DNA from: an uncultured Acidimicrobiales bacterium
Lineage (GTDB): Bacteria; Actinomycetota; Acidimicrobiia; Acidimicrobiales; SHLQ01
DNA: 44,087 nt
Assembly (NCBI GenBank): GCA_964610745.1
Contig: CAZSYL010000017.1
Coordinates: 1-44,087 of the forward strand
Reading direction: 5' to 3'
Below the pieces are notes generated by a model. It worked only from the letters and a program-made list of their open reading frames with translations. It was not told where the DNA came from and did not search any database. The translations under genes and the position numbers were made by a program. Shown here one piece after another: positions 1 through 8,278 of this stretch. Positions within the stretch are counted from its first letter, which is position 1. Each line of letters starts with the position of its first letter.

Positions 1-107
1 GGCGTTTCCACGACAAAACGAGACGACCGACGCCGCTGCGCCTTTTGGCGCAGCAGACGTCGGACATCTGCAACCCGTGGGTTACGAGCAGAAAGCTCGA
101 GGATCAG
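1..107 (-). CDS. TrmH/SpoU-family RNA methyltransferase, N-terminus only (runs off window); probable CTG start
   Basis: Not in the ORF track. Frame from 107 reads (L)[34 protein letters not shown], like the N-terminus of TrmH enzymes that commonly follow rplT. In-frame TGA five codons upstream; CTGA overlaps the rplT stop. Confidence 0.7.
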   Translation of the reverse strand, partial: MILELSARNPRVADVRRLLRQKAQRRRSSRFVVET

Positions 108-487
108 GCGGCTGCGCCTTCACTGTTGCTCGCAGCTGCAGCTGCGGTCGCAGCCTCAACAAGAGCGGTGAATGCTGCAGGATCCTGGATAGCAAGCTCG
201 GAGAGGACCTTGCGGTCGACTTCGATGCCAGCTTCCTTCAAGCCAAAGATGAACTTGCTGTACGTGGTGTCGTTCAAACGGCATGCAGCGTTGATTCGCT
301 GCACCCAGAGACGACGCATTTCGCCCTTGCGAGCACGACGGTCACGGAAGGCATAGTTGCCCGAGTGCATGACCTGTTCGTTTGCCGCACGGTATGAACG
401 GCTCTTATTTCCGTAATACCCCTTGGCCTTCTTCAGTGTTGCTTTGCGGCTCTTACGGCCGTTTACCGAACGCTTGACGCGTGCCAT
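104..487 (-). CDS. rplT: 50S ribosomal protein L20
   Basis: MARVKRSV...AKGYYG...[21 protein letters not shown]...DRKVLSELA; follows infC-rpmI. Confidence 0.99.
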   Translation of the reverse strand: MARVKRSVNGRKSRKATLKKAKGYYGNKSRSYRAANEQVMHSGNYAFRDRRARKGEMRRLWVQRINAACRLNDTTYSKFIFGLKEAGIEVDRKVLSELAIQDPAAFTALVEAATAAAAASNSEGAAA

Positions 488-514
488 AACAGAATCCTCT
501 CTACGTCTCTTCGC

Positions 515-709
515 TCAGTGTCCGAGCATCTTTTCGATGTTCTTGGCGTCGGCCTTGGCTACGTCGGCATCACCGAGGAACCGGGCCTTGTGCTTTGCGC
601 TCTTCTTTTCGAGCATGTGATTGCGACCTGGCTTGTTGCGGCGCAATTTGCCCGAGCCGGTCTTTTTAAAGCGCTTCGCAGCACCTCGGTGTGTCTTCAT
701 CTTTGGCAT
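515..709 (-). CDS. rpmI: 50S ribosomal protein L35
   Basis: MPKMKTHRGAAKRFKKTGSGK; position between infC and rplT. Confidence 0.99.
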   Translation of the reverse strand: MPKMKTHRGAAKRFKKTGSGKLRRNKPGRNHMLEKKSAKHKARFLGDADVAKADAKNIEKMLGH

Positions 710-744
710 GAGGACCTCTTTCGGTTGTCGTCTGGATTGGGGGA

Positions 745-1386
745 TTACTCTTCTTCAGATCCGGCGCCGTTACTACCGTCATCGGATTCGGATTCAGCGA
801 GTTCGGCTTCTGCCAGCTCAGCTTCGATCGCAGCTGCTTCTTCTTGGGCTTTCTTCAACGCCGCAATCTTCTTCTTGTCGGGACCGAGCACCATGACCAT
901 GTTTCGGCCTTCGAGGTTTGGTCCAAACTCGACGTTTGCAATGTTGTCAACCACGTCTGCAATGTCGTCGAGAATCCGGCGCCCGAGTTCGGGGTGCTGC
1001 ATCTCGCGGCCACGGAACATGATCGTGACCTTGACTTTGGAACCTTCGCCGAGGAACTTTTCAACCTTGCGCGTCTTGGTGTCGAAGTCTCCCTGACCAA
1101 TCTTTGGCCGGTACTTCATCTCCTTGACGGTGACGTTGGTGCTCTTCTTGCGAGATTCCTTCTCGCGTTGTGATTGTTCGTACTTCCACTTGCCGTAGTC
1201 CATAATTCGACAAACCGGTGGGTTTGCTTTGCTCGCCACCTCGACCAGGTCGAGGTCCATGTCGGCGGCCATACGGAGGGCTTCGGGGGTGGCGCGTACG
1301 CCCAGCTTCTCGCCATTGGCACCAACGAGGAGAACTTCGCGGGCGCGAATTCGTTCGTTGATCCGGGCTTCGGCTTTATCAGCTAT
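745..1386 (-). CDS. infC: Translation initiation factor IF-3, ATA start
   Basis: ORF 745..1272 extends in frame upstream through ARINERIRAREVLLVGANGEKLG to ATA at 1386; in-frame TGA at 1393-1395. Motifs LDLVEVA, PPVCRIMDYGK, KVTIMFRGRE. Confidence 0.96.
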   Translation of the reverse strand: MADKAEARINERIRAREVLLVGANGEKLGVRATPEALRMAADMDLDLVEVASKANPPVCRIMDYGKWKYEQSQREKESRKKSTNVTVKEMKYRPKIGQGDFDTKTRKVEKFLGEGSKVKVTIMFRGREMQHPELGRRILDDIADVVDNIANVEFGPNLEGRNMVMVLGPDKKKIAALKKAQEEAAAIEAELAEAELAESESDDGSNGAGSEEE

Positions 1387-1469
1387 GACTGCTCACTGCG
1401 CAAGGGCAGATCCTTTCATCGGGTTCTGTTGCCTCTCGCAAGAGCACAGGGCCGAGCAGGTTCACAACG

Positions 1470-1590
1470 ATTAGGACATCCCAAAAAGGAGAATGCCCGG
1501 CGAGTTGTGTTTCTGTACGACCCAGCGCACCCTCAAGTGGCTGGGCGGGTCCGTCCGGCTCGAATAAAACCAGCGGTCCGCTTCAGAACA
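1470..1590 (-). promoter_or_regulatory. Candidate L20-binding leader RNA of the infC-rpmI-rplT operon
   Basis: Minus strand AAGCGG-(insert)-CCCGCC-CAGC..GCTG-GG resembles the L20-leader core as I recall it, followed by hairpin GGGCATTC/GGATGTCC; -10-like TATGCT/TAGCCT at 1606-1616. Confidence 0.5.
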
Positions 1591-1659
1591 ATTTGTCTGG
1601 CAATCAGCATAGGCTACGGACTGCGAAAAACAGCAAAATCCCAGGATCGGATGAGTCGA

Positions 1660-2151
1660 ATGAGTTTGTGGACACCCGGCGGCGAACATGAAGTTCCCCG
1701 CGATAAGCCCCAGCAACCAACCCAGGAACCAGCCGCGCCGTCCGCTGGCCAAGACCCGGCCGGATCGGCCGAAGTGGGCGGCGTCGAGATGAACGAAGCC
1801 GCACTTGCCGAAGCGCTCGGCATTCCGTCGCTCGACGAGCTCAGCGATGAAGAACGAGCTCAGCTCGAACAGGCCGTGGTGCAGATGGCCGAGCAGGAAC
1901 GCCAGCTCGCCACCACTCCGCCAGAGGTGGTCATTGCCAACCACGTCATGGGCCTTTACGAGCTCGCAGCGATTCACCTACGTCAGAACCCGCCAAACCT
2001 CAACGAGGCGTCGCTCGCCATTGATGCCATGAGCGCGATCGTCGATGGCCTCGAAGGTCGACTGGGCGAGAACGAACCAACCATGCGCAATGCGCGCGAA
2101 CAACTGCAGCAGGCGTTCGTGGGCGTGAGCAACGCCGTCGAGCAAGAGTAA
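1660..2151 (+). CDS. DUF1844-like protein
   Basis: MSLWTPGGEH...VIANHVMGLYELAAIHL...EASLAIDAM...LGENEPT; divergent from infC as usual in actinobacteria. Alternative ATG at 1651. Confidence 0.8.
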   Translation: MSLWTPGGEHEVPRDKPQQPTQEPAAPSAGQDPAGSAEVGGVEMNEAALAEALGIPSLDELSDEERAQLEQAVVQMAEQERQLATTPPEVVIANHVMGLYELAAIHLRQNPPNLNEASLAIDAMSAIVDGLEGRLGENEPTMRNAREQLQQAFVGVSNAVEQE

Positions 2152-2152
2152 T

Positions 2153-2998
2153 ATGAGCGACCAGACTCGTATAGCGATCCCGTCGAAGGGACGACTGCGC
2201 GAATCGGTTCTCGAGCTCTTAGCCCATGCGGGCTACTCGCGTCGCTCCTTTGACCGGATGAACGCCTCGGCCGAAGTTGAACAAATCGAGTTCATCGAGA
2301 TGCGCCCACGCGACGCTGCTGCTTGGCTTGCACAAGGCAAGCTCGATGCGGCATTCATTTCGACCGATACCGCGCTCGAGAACAACATCGAGGACTGGCC
2401 GAGCGTCAACCTTGGCTTCTCCCGTTCCGACCTGATCGTGGCGGTGAAGGAAGACTCGCCGTTTCAAACGCTCGCCGACTTGTCGGGTCACACCGTCGCG
2501 ACGCACCTGCCCGCCTGGACAAAGCGGTGGTTGGAAAGCGAAGGCGTCGACGCCACGGTGGTGAACATGGGCGGCTCGCTCGAAGGCGTGTGTGCGGTGG
2601 GCCTCGCCGATGCCATTGTCGACTTGCGCGAGACCGGAGGCAGCCTCCAGCGCAACCGACTGCGCGTTCTGGCCGAAGGCCAGGGCTGCCAAGCAATCTT
2701 TAGTTGGGGCGACGCGCAATGTCCGACAATTGCGAAGTTACTTCTTCGCATCAACGCTGCAATCCAGGCGCGCCAAACCCAGTACGTCATGCTCCATGTC
2801 CCCAAGGACAAGCTCGACGACCTGAGTGGCGTCTTCCCCGGCCTTGCCGCGCCCACGGTCCTGCCGCTGGCTGGACATGACGACCTCGTTGCAGCCCACA
2901 TTGTCGTCAAGAAGTCGCAGCTGTGGTCGAAGCTCAGTGAACTTCAAGACATCGGCGCTACCGGCATCGTCGCGCTCAATACCGACGCCATCGTCTAG
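2153..2998 (+). CDS. hisG: ATP phosphoribosyltransferase (long form)
   Basis: RIAIPSKGRL, GSLE..GLADAIVDLRETGGSL, C-terminal PGLAAPTVLPL regulatory domain. Confidence 0.95.
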   Translation: MSDQTRIAIPSKGRLRESVLELLAHAGYSRRSFDRMNASAEVEQIEFIEMRPRDAAAWLAQGKLDAAFISTDTALENNIEDWPSVNLGFSRSDLIVAVKEDSPFQTLADLSGHTVATHLPAWTKRWLESEGVDATVVNMGGSLEGVCAVGLADAIVDLRETGGSLQRNRLRVLAEGQGCQAIFSWGDAQCPTIAKLLLRINAAIQARQTQYVMLHVPKDKLDDLSGVFPGLAAPTVLPLAGHDDLVAAHIVVKKSQLWSKLSELQDIGATGIVALNTDAIV

Positions 2999-3079
2999 AG
3001 GCGAAAACAAACAGAACCGACTATGGTTCGCAATGGCACCACATTTATCGGGCGGTCCCGATCACAGAAGTGAGCCAAC

Positions 3080-4318
3080 ATGATTTCACGCCGCGCGATT
3101 GCCCTGGTTGTCACAGCGCTGGTGTCGCTTTTTGTCACAGTGCTGTCGCTCTCAGCCTTTGCCTCGGTGGCACATGCGGCCGATGGAGCTAGCTCAACCG
3201 GCACCGACCAACTCTTTGTCGACCGCATCAACAGTCCTGTCTGGGAACACGACTTCGTTGGGAGCAAGTTCCGGGAGTTGTCATCCAATGGGCTCTTCGT
3301 CGACCTAGAACAGCGTTCGGGCGGCTTCGATACCGCAATCCAGGGTGACTATTCGATTGCTCGTGTCGACCAAGTGTCCAACGACTACGCGATCGCCGCG
3401 CGGTTACGCGTTGACGGCGGCGGATCCGGCGAGTGGTGGTATGGACCGAAGCTTTCGGTCAACTGGGTCACCGACTGCGGAGACAGCAATGGCTGCGCCG
3501 GATGGTTCGAGAACTATGTCATCGAGAAAGCGAACATCAGCCCGGCCGAGTATGACGCTCGCCTTGGCCACGGTTACCTCGGGTCGACCTTCCAGGACGG
3601 CTCTGAGTACAAGCACTACCGCACGGAGTTTTCCAACTGGGTCCAGTTCTACGCAATCCGTCAGGATTATCGAAACCGGGGCACAACAACGATCAAACCG
3701 ATCTTCGAGATGTGGCGAGCGAACGGACTCCCGAATCTTCGGGTGGACAGCGTACGAATCAATCTCGAAACCAATCAACACAACTTCCGCAGCTTCACGA
3801 TCGACAACTTCTGCTTACCCGAGAGCTTCACGGACGGATCGTGCGCGAACCCGAACGCCGAAACACCGGTCTCGGTTCCGGCAGACCAGGACGGTGCAAT
3901 CCCGACCAACGCTCGCATTCGGGACGCTTGGCAAGGCCGCTACCTGCACGCCCAGAGCCCAGACGACTATTCGCCAAGCCAAAGCGCACCGCTAAACCCG
4001 GAGTGGACAGCCCAGCAGTGGGTTCTCGAACGGGTGCGCGGCGATATCTACCGCATCAGAAACCAGTGGACTGGCGACTACCTCTCCGTGCCAAGCACCA
4101 AGGCTTGGGCCGAGGTCCAGACCTCGCCGCTCAATCGAAGCTGGCTCTCTCAGCAATGGCATCTCGAACCTGTCGGGGACCAGTATCGGATCCGAAACGT
4201 ATGGTCGGGACGCTACCTGCACACCTCCGAAGACGACTGGTCGACCATGACCCAAGCTCCCTTTCGCCGCCACTGGTTATCGATGAAGTTCGACCTCGAG
4301 CCGAGCTCTGAACGTTAG
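3080..4318 (+). CDS. Secreted protein: signal peptide, divergent GH11-like domain, ricin-type beta-trefoil lectin domain
   Basis: Hydrophobic N-terminus ending AHA; GWFENYVIE, YLGSTFQDGSEYKHY, WVQFYAIRQ, EMWRANGL and NLET match GH11 blocks in order; three IR(N/D)xWxGxYL...(QQW) repeats at the C-terminus. Confidence 0.75.
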   Translation: MISRRAIALVVTALVSLFVTVLSLSAFASVAHAADGASSTGTDQLFVDRINSPVWEHDFVGSKFRELSSNGLFVDLEQRSGGFDTAIQGDYSIARVDQVSNDYAIAARLRVDGGGSGEWWYGPKLSVNWVTDCGDSNGCAGWFENYVIEKANISPAEYDARLGHGYLGSTFQDGSEYKHYRTEFSNWVQFYAIRQDYRNRGTTTIKPIFEMWRANGLPNLRVDSVRINLETNQHNFRSFTIDNFCLPESFTDGSCANPNAETPVSVPADQDGAIPTNARIRDAWQGRYLHAQSPDDYSPSQSAPLNPEWTAQQWVLERVRGDIYRIRNQWTGDYLSVPSTKAWAEVQTSPLNRSWLSQQWHLEPVGDQYRIRNVWSGRYLHTSEDDWSTMTQAPFRRHWLSMKFDLEPSSER

Positions 4319-5376
4319 CCCCTACCGGGGCGGTAGATGACCCTCAGGTCGTTGGCCAATGGAGTTGCGCTAACAAACTCGCCACGTTGGACATCGGCCA
4401 TAGTCGGGGCACCATCGCCGGCGAACGCGTTCCGACCATCTCCCCCGCCCATAAGGGCTGGGGCCATGTAGAGCCAATACTCGTCGACGAGGCCCGCTCG
4501 ATGAAACGAACCAGCTACAGCTGCCCCGCCTTCGACCATGACCTGAAACTTGCCCCGGGAGCCGAGTTCGTCGAGGAGGTCCTCGAGCGGGCCATCCCAT
4601 GACTCAAACGGGGCTGTCCTGGCCCCGTCGTGGATCTGCGCAGCGGTGCTGCCGACAACGATGCGCCACGGATCAAGGTGCGGCAGCTCCGCGTCCTCGG
4701 CAGCCGGCGTGTAGTCACGAACGGTCAGGGACGGGTCGTCTGCGGTGACGGTACCGGTACCGACAATGATCGCGTCCGACTCCGCCCGAAGACGGTGCAC
4801 GTCGCGGCGCGCCTCGGGGCCGGTGATCCACTGGCTGGTCCCGTCGGGGGCAGCGATGAACCCGTCGAGCGTCATCGCCAACTTCACGATGACGTGGGGA
4901 CGTCCCGTGCGCCGCTGCGTGAGGTATGGCGCGAGTTGCTGGGCTACCTCCGCTTCGAGAACGCCACTCATCACGTCGATGCCAGCGGCTTCGAGTTGTT
5001 CAATCCCTCGGCCCGACACGTTGTCGTCGGGGTCGGTCACGCCGATCACCACTCGGGCTACGCCCGCATCGATCAGGGCTTGTGTACAAGGTCCGGTGCG
5101 GCCGGTGTGACCACATGGCTCGAGCGTTGTGAATACCGTGGCGCCGTGCGCTGCATTACCCGCGGCAGCCAAGGCCTCCCGCTCGGCGTGCTGGCCCCCG
5201 GGTTTGTGCGTGGCGCCGTCGTATACGACGCCATACTTGTCGACGAGCACCGCCCCAACCCACGGGTTTGGGCGTGAGCGAAGGCGCGCTGTTTCGGCAT
5301 TGGCCATAGCCCGGCGCATCATCGACTCGCGATACGCGCTGGTGTCGATCGGACCGCTGGCGGGAGCACTACCCAT
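4315..5376 (-). CDS. ribD: Bifunctional riboflavin deaminase/reductase RibD
   Basis: PNPWVGAV, HAE, TLEPCGHTGRTGPC Zn motif; KLAMTLDG, SQWITG, VEGG reductase motifs. Confidence 0.96.
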   Translation of the reverse strand: MGSAPASGPIDTSAYRESMMRRAMANAETARLRSRPNPWVGAVLVDKYGVVYDGATHKPGGQHAEREALAAAGNAAHGATVFTTLEPCGHTGRTGPCTQALIDAGVARVVIGVTDPDDNVSGRGIEQLEAAGIDVMSGVLEAEVAQQLAPYLTQRRTGRPHVIVKLAMTLDGFIAAPDGTSQWITGPEARRDVHRLRAESDAIIVGTGTVTADDPSLTVRDYTPAAEDAELPHLDPWRIVVGSTAAQIHDGARTAPFESWDGPLEDLLDELGSRGKFQVMVEGGAAVAGSFHRAGLVDEYWLYMAPALMGGGDGRNAFAGDGAPTMADVQRGEFVSATPLANDLRVIYRPGRG

Positions 5377-5905
5377 GGGCGGGGTCTGAGGGTTTCTCTG
5401 GGTGCGGGTGCGGGTCTGAGTTGTCGACCATGAGACGCACCGCGTGGGGAATCACGTCGGCCACAGCGTCGAACGTTTCCACGCTGCCCTTGGTCGAACC
5501 CGGTGTATTGATCACGAGCGCTTCGCCGATCGTGCCGCTCACCCCCCGACTCAGCCGTCCGAGCGGATTGACCAGCCTCATGGCCTCGGCCAGTCCCGGA
5601 GCTTCGCGGTCGATCGCGGCACGAGTTCCCTCCGGGGTGAGGTCACGGGGCCCAAACCCTGTTCCACCGGTGGTGATAATCACACCGTTGAATCCTTCGG
5701 CGAGGCGCAGGAGTGTGTCGCGTACCGGCTCGGTGCCGTCTTCGGTCAGCGCCCGCTCGACGACGCGGTAACCAACGCTGTTGAGATGTGCCTCGAGCGT
5801 TTCCCCGCTACGGTCCTCTCGGGTCCCGTAGAAGACGCCGTCGGAGACGGTCACGATCTTGGCTGGTGTGGGTTCGTGCTCGTTGGACGTATGCGAATCT
5901 GTCAT
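5369..5905 (-). CDS. MogA/MoaB-family molybdenum cofactor biosynthesis protein
   Basis: TVSD..REDRSG, TTGGTGFGPRDLTPE, PGLAEAMR, INTPGS; ATG 5905 lies 7 nt after TAACTT. Confidence 0.92.
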   Translation of the reverse strand: MTDSHTSNEHEPTPAKIVTVSDGVFYGTREDRSGETLEAHLNSVGYRVVERALTEDGTEPVRDTLLRLAEGFNGVIITTGGTGFGPRDLTPEGTRAAIDREAPGLAEAMRLVNPLGRLSRGVSGTIGEALVINTPGSTKGSVETFDAVADVIPHAVRLMVDNSDPHPHPEKPSDPAHG

Positions 5906-5969
5906 CGTTGCCAAGTTAGCGCGCTCACCCCATCTCTTCGGTCAACCGGTGAACGGCTACGATGCGCAC

Positions 5970-6245
5970 GTGGATAACGATCAGTTTCTCGAAGAGTCTC
6001 GCAGCAGCATCGACAACATCGACGCAGCGCTGGTCCACCTCCTCGCGGAGCGATTCAAGATCACCAAACGGGTTGGACAACACAAGGCAAAAGTTGGTCT
6101 CGCCCCCGCCGACCCCGATCGCGAAGCCGTGCAGGTCGCCCGCCTACGCGCGTTGGCTCAGGAGTCAGGACTCGACCCGGTGTTCAGCGAGAAATTTCTA
6201 CGATTCATCGTCGATGAGGTCATCCAGCACCACAAGCGGGCCTAG
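5970..6245 (+). CDS. Chorismate mutase (AroQ type)
   Basis: RSSIDNIDAALVHLLAERFKIT..VG..K...DPDRE; GTG 5970 lies 6 nt after TACGAT. Confidence 0.92.
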   Translation: MDNDQFLEESRSSIDNIDAALVHLLAERFKITKRVGQHKAKVGLAPADPDREAVQVARLRALAQESGLDPVFSEKFLRFIVDEVIQHHKRA

Positions 6246-6295
6246 AGCCGTCTCTCGGTTCGCATCCTCCCCGCTCACACTCTCCCTGTCCGCTA

Positions 6296-7573
6296 CTACG
6301 GAACTGCTCGTGGTTTGTCCGGAATCACATCGTCAAAGCCATCCACCCGTAACAGCGACTTGAAGACGAGGGTGTAGGCAACGACGACGAATAGCGTGCC
6401 GACCCCACCGAGGGCGATGGCACCGACCAGCCCGAACCATGCAGCTGTCACCCCGGACTCGTATCCCCCAAGCTCGTTGCTCGCCCCGATGAACACGTTC
6501 TCCATCGCCAGCACTCGTCCGCGCATGTTCTCTGGCGTTGCGAGCGGGACGAGGCTCGACCGGATGAAGACGCTGACGGCGTCAGCACCGGAAACCACCA
6601 TCAGCAGACCGCATGCGAGCACGTAGCTGGTACTGAAGCCCACGCCGATCGTTGCGATACCGAAGATCGCCACCGCTACCAGCAGCGACGGACCGACCCG
6701 GCGGGTGAGCGGCCGAAATGCGAGGACGAGCGTGATCAGCCCGGCACCGACCCCCTCGGCAGCACGCAAGCCACCCAGACCAACGGCGCCTACGCCGAGC
6801 CGTTCATCGGCAATTGCTGGTAGGAGCGCTCGCAGCCCGCCAAAGAACGCAGCAAAGAAGTCCATCGTGATCGCAGCGCCCAACACCGGTGTGGCTCTGA
6901 CAAATCGAAAGCCCTCAATAGCGTCCTTGATTACTCGCGTTCCCTTGGGAGCGTCACCAACGCTGGTCAACCGCTCGACGCCCGAGTCCGGCAACAGCAC
7001 GATCAGCACGGCGCCGATCACAAACAGAAGCAGAAAGATCGCGTACGGAGTGGCTGGGGTGATGGTGAATAGCAGGCCAGCGAGGATCGGACCCACGATG
7101 CTTCCGATCTGAAAGCTCCCCGAGTTGAGCGCCACGACCCGTGGCACGATCGCCCTGGGTGCGAGGTCGAATGGCAACGCGCGTGCAGCCGGACGTTGAA
7201 GTGCTTCGGTTGCGCCCTGCACCCCCATGATCACAAAGATCGGAATGACGTCGGCGGGATCGGTGCGAACGTACAGATACAACGTCGCGCTCAACGCCGC
7301 ATAGATGCCGAGACCAAACGCCGAGACGTATCGCCGGTCGAACCGGTCGGCGAGAGGCCCGACGAACGGAGCGAGCAAAAAGGTGGGAATGAACTGCACC
7401 AAGCCCAGGTACCCCAAAACGAGGAGGCGCTCAGAATCCGGCCGACCTTCGGTCATGTCCCACAATTGCTTGCCCACGATAGTGACCAGGCCTGCCGTGG
7501 CCGCCCGATCGAATACACGGGAAAGTAGATACATCCAAATGCGCCTCGGCACGTCACGCATTCGGTCGGTCAC
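6296..7573 (-). CDS. MFS transporter
   Basis: About 12 hydrophobic segments, motif A GPLADRFDRR, TPENMRGRV, SNELGGYESG. Confidence 0.92.
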   Translation of the reverse strand: MTDRMRDVPRRIWMYLLSRVFDRAATAGLVTIVGKQLWDMTEGRPDSERLLVLGYLGLVQFIPTFLLAPFVGPLADRFDRRYVSAFGLGIYAALSATLYLYVRTDPADVIPIFVIMGVQGATEALQRPAARALPFDLAPRAIVPRVVALNSGSFQIGSIVGPILAGLLFTITPATPYAIFLLLFVIGAVLIVLLPDSGVERLTSVGDAPKGTRVIKDAIEGFRFVRATPVLGAAITMDFFAAFFGGLRALLPAIADERLGVGAVGLGGLRAAEGVGAGLITLVLAFRPLTRRVGPSLLVAVAIFGIATIGVGFSTSYVLACGLLMVVSGADAVSVFIRSSLVPLATPENMRGRVLAMENVFIGASNELGGYESGVTAAWFGLVGAIALGGVGTLFVVVAYTLVFKSLLRVDGFDDVIPDKPRAVP

Positions 7574-7651
7574 GGCGACACGCTACCCGCGACAGCGTGT
7601 CGGGAAGCAGCTGTGTCCGGGAGCGGGGTGTCTCGGGACAGTCCGCAATCC

Positions 7652-7680
7652 TTGCGTACCTAACGATCGTTCGGTAGAGT
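7652..7680 (+). promoter_or_regulatory. Sigma70-type promoter with palindromic TetR operator across the spacer
   Basis: TTGCGT (7652-7657), 17 nt, TAGAGT (7675-7680), 7 nt, ATG; near-perfect 20-bp palindrome TACCTAACGATCGTTCGGTA at 7657-7676. Confidence 0.8.
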
Positions 7681-7687
7681 CCGAAGG

Positions 7688-8278
7688 ATGAGCATGGATA
7701 CCACCGTGGAAACCGGGCGCGATCGCATTCTGCGAGAAGCCGCCGAGCTGTTCTTGGCCCGCGGATATGCCGAAACCTCGCTTCGCACCATCGCAGAGGC
7801 CGTCGAGATGCAGCCAGCGTCGATCTATCACCACTTCGATTCAAAGGATGCTCTGCTCACCGAGATCCTCGAGATTGGCATGGATGCGGTCACCACCGCC
7901 TTCAGAGCTGCGGCGAGTGAGCTCGAGCCGAGTGCGACGAACCAGGACCGATTGCGAGCTCACGTCGCTGGACACCTTCGGGCACTATTTGCCAACCATG
8001 CCTTCACCGCAGCCCACGTCACCGTGTTCCCTTTTGCCCCACGGGACGTGCGTACCGCAGCAGTCCCCCAGCGCGATGCCTACGAGGCGAGCTGGACCGA
8101 ACTCCTTTCCGCGGTTGCTCCGGGACTCGACGATGAAGCCGCCGGCGTTGCTCGCCTGGCGCTGTTCGGGGCAATGAATTCGACCGTGCAGTGGTTCGAC
8201 CCCGCGAACGGCTCGACAGATGATCTCGCCACAACCATCGTGGACACGCTCTGGAACGGACTGGCGAACAGCAGATGA
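7688..8278 (+). CDS. TetR/AcrR-family transcriptional regulator
   Basis: ILREAAELFLARGYAETSLRTIAEAVEMQPASIYHHFDSKDALL helix-turn-helix; stop overlaps next gene (ATGA). Confidence 0.95.
   Translation: MSMDTTVETGRDRILREAAELFLARGYAETSLRTIAEAVEMQPASIYHHFDSKDALLTEILEIGMDAVTTAFRAAASELEPSATNQDRLRAHVAGHLRALFANHAFTAAHVTVFPFAPRDVRTAAVPQRDAYEASWTELLSAVAPGLDDEAAGVARLALFGAMNSTVQWFDPANGSTDDLATTIVDTLWNGLANSR

Noticed and set aside
27-63. Strong hairpin GCTGCGCC-N4-GGCGCAGC after rplT as the operon terminator
   Set aside because: It lies inside the TrmH-like coding frame and has no immediate U-tract; a pause or partial terminator role is possible but unsupported.
1174-1650. N-terminal extension of the 325-aa ORF 1174..2151
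   Set aside because: Overlaps infC and its leader on the opposite strand; protein-like sequence begins at 1651/1660.
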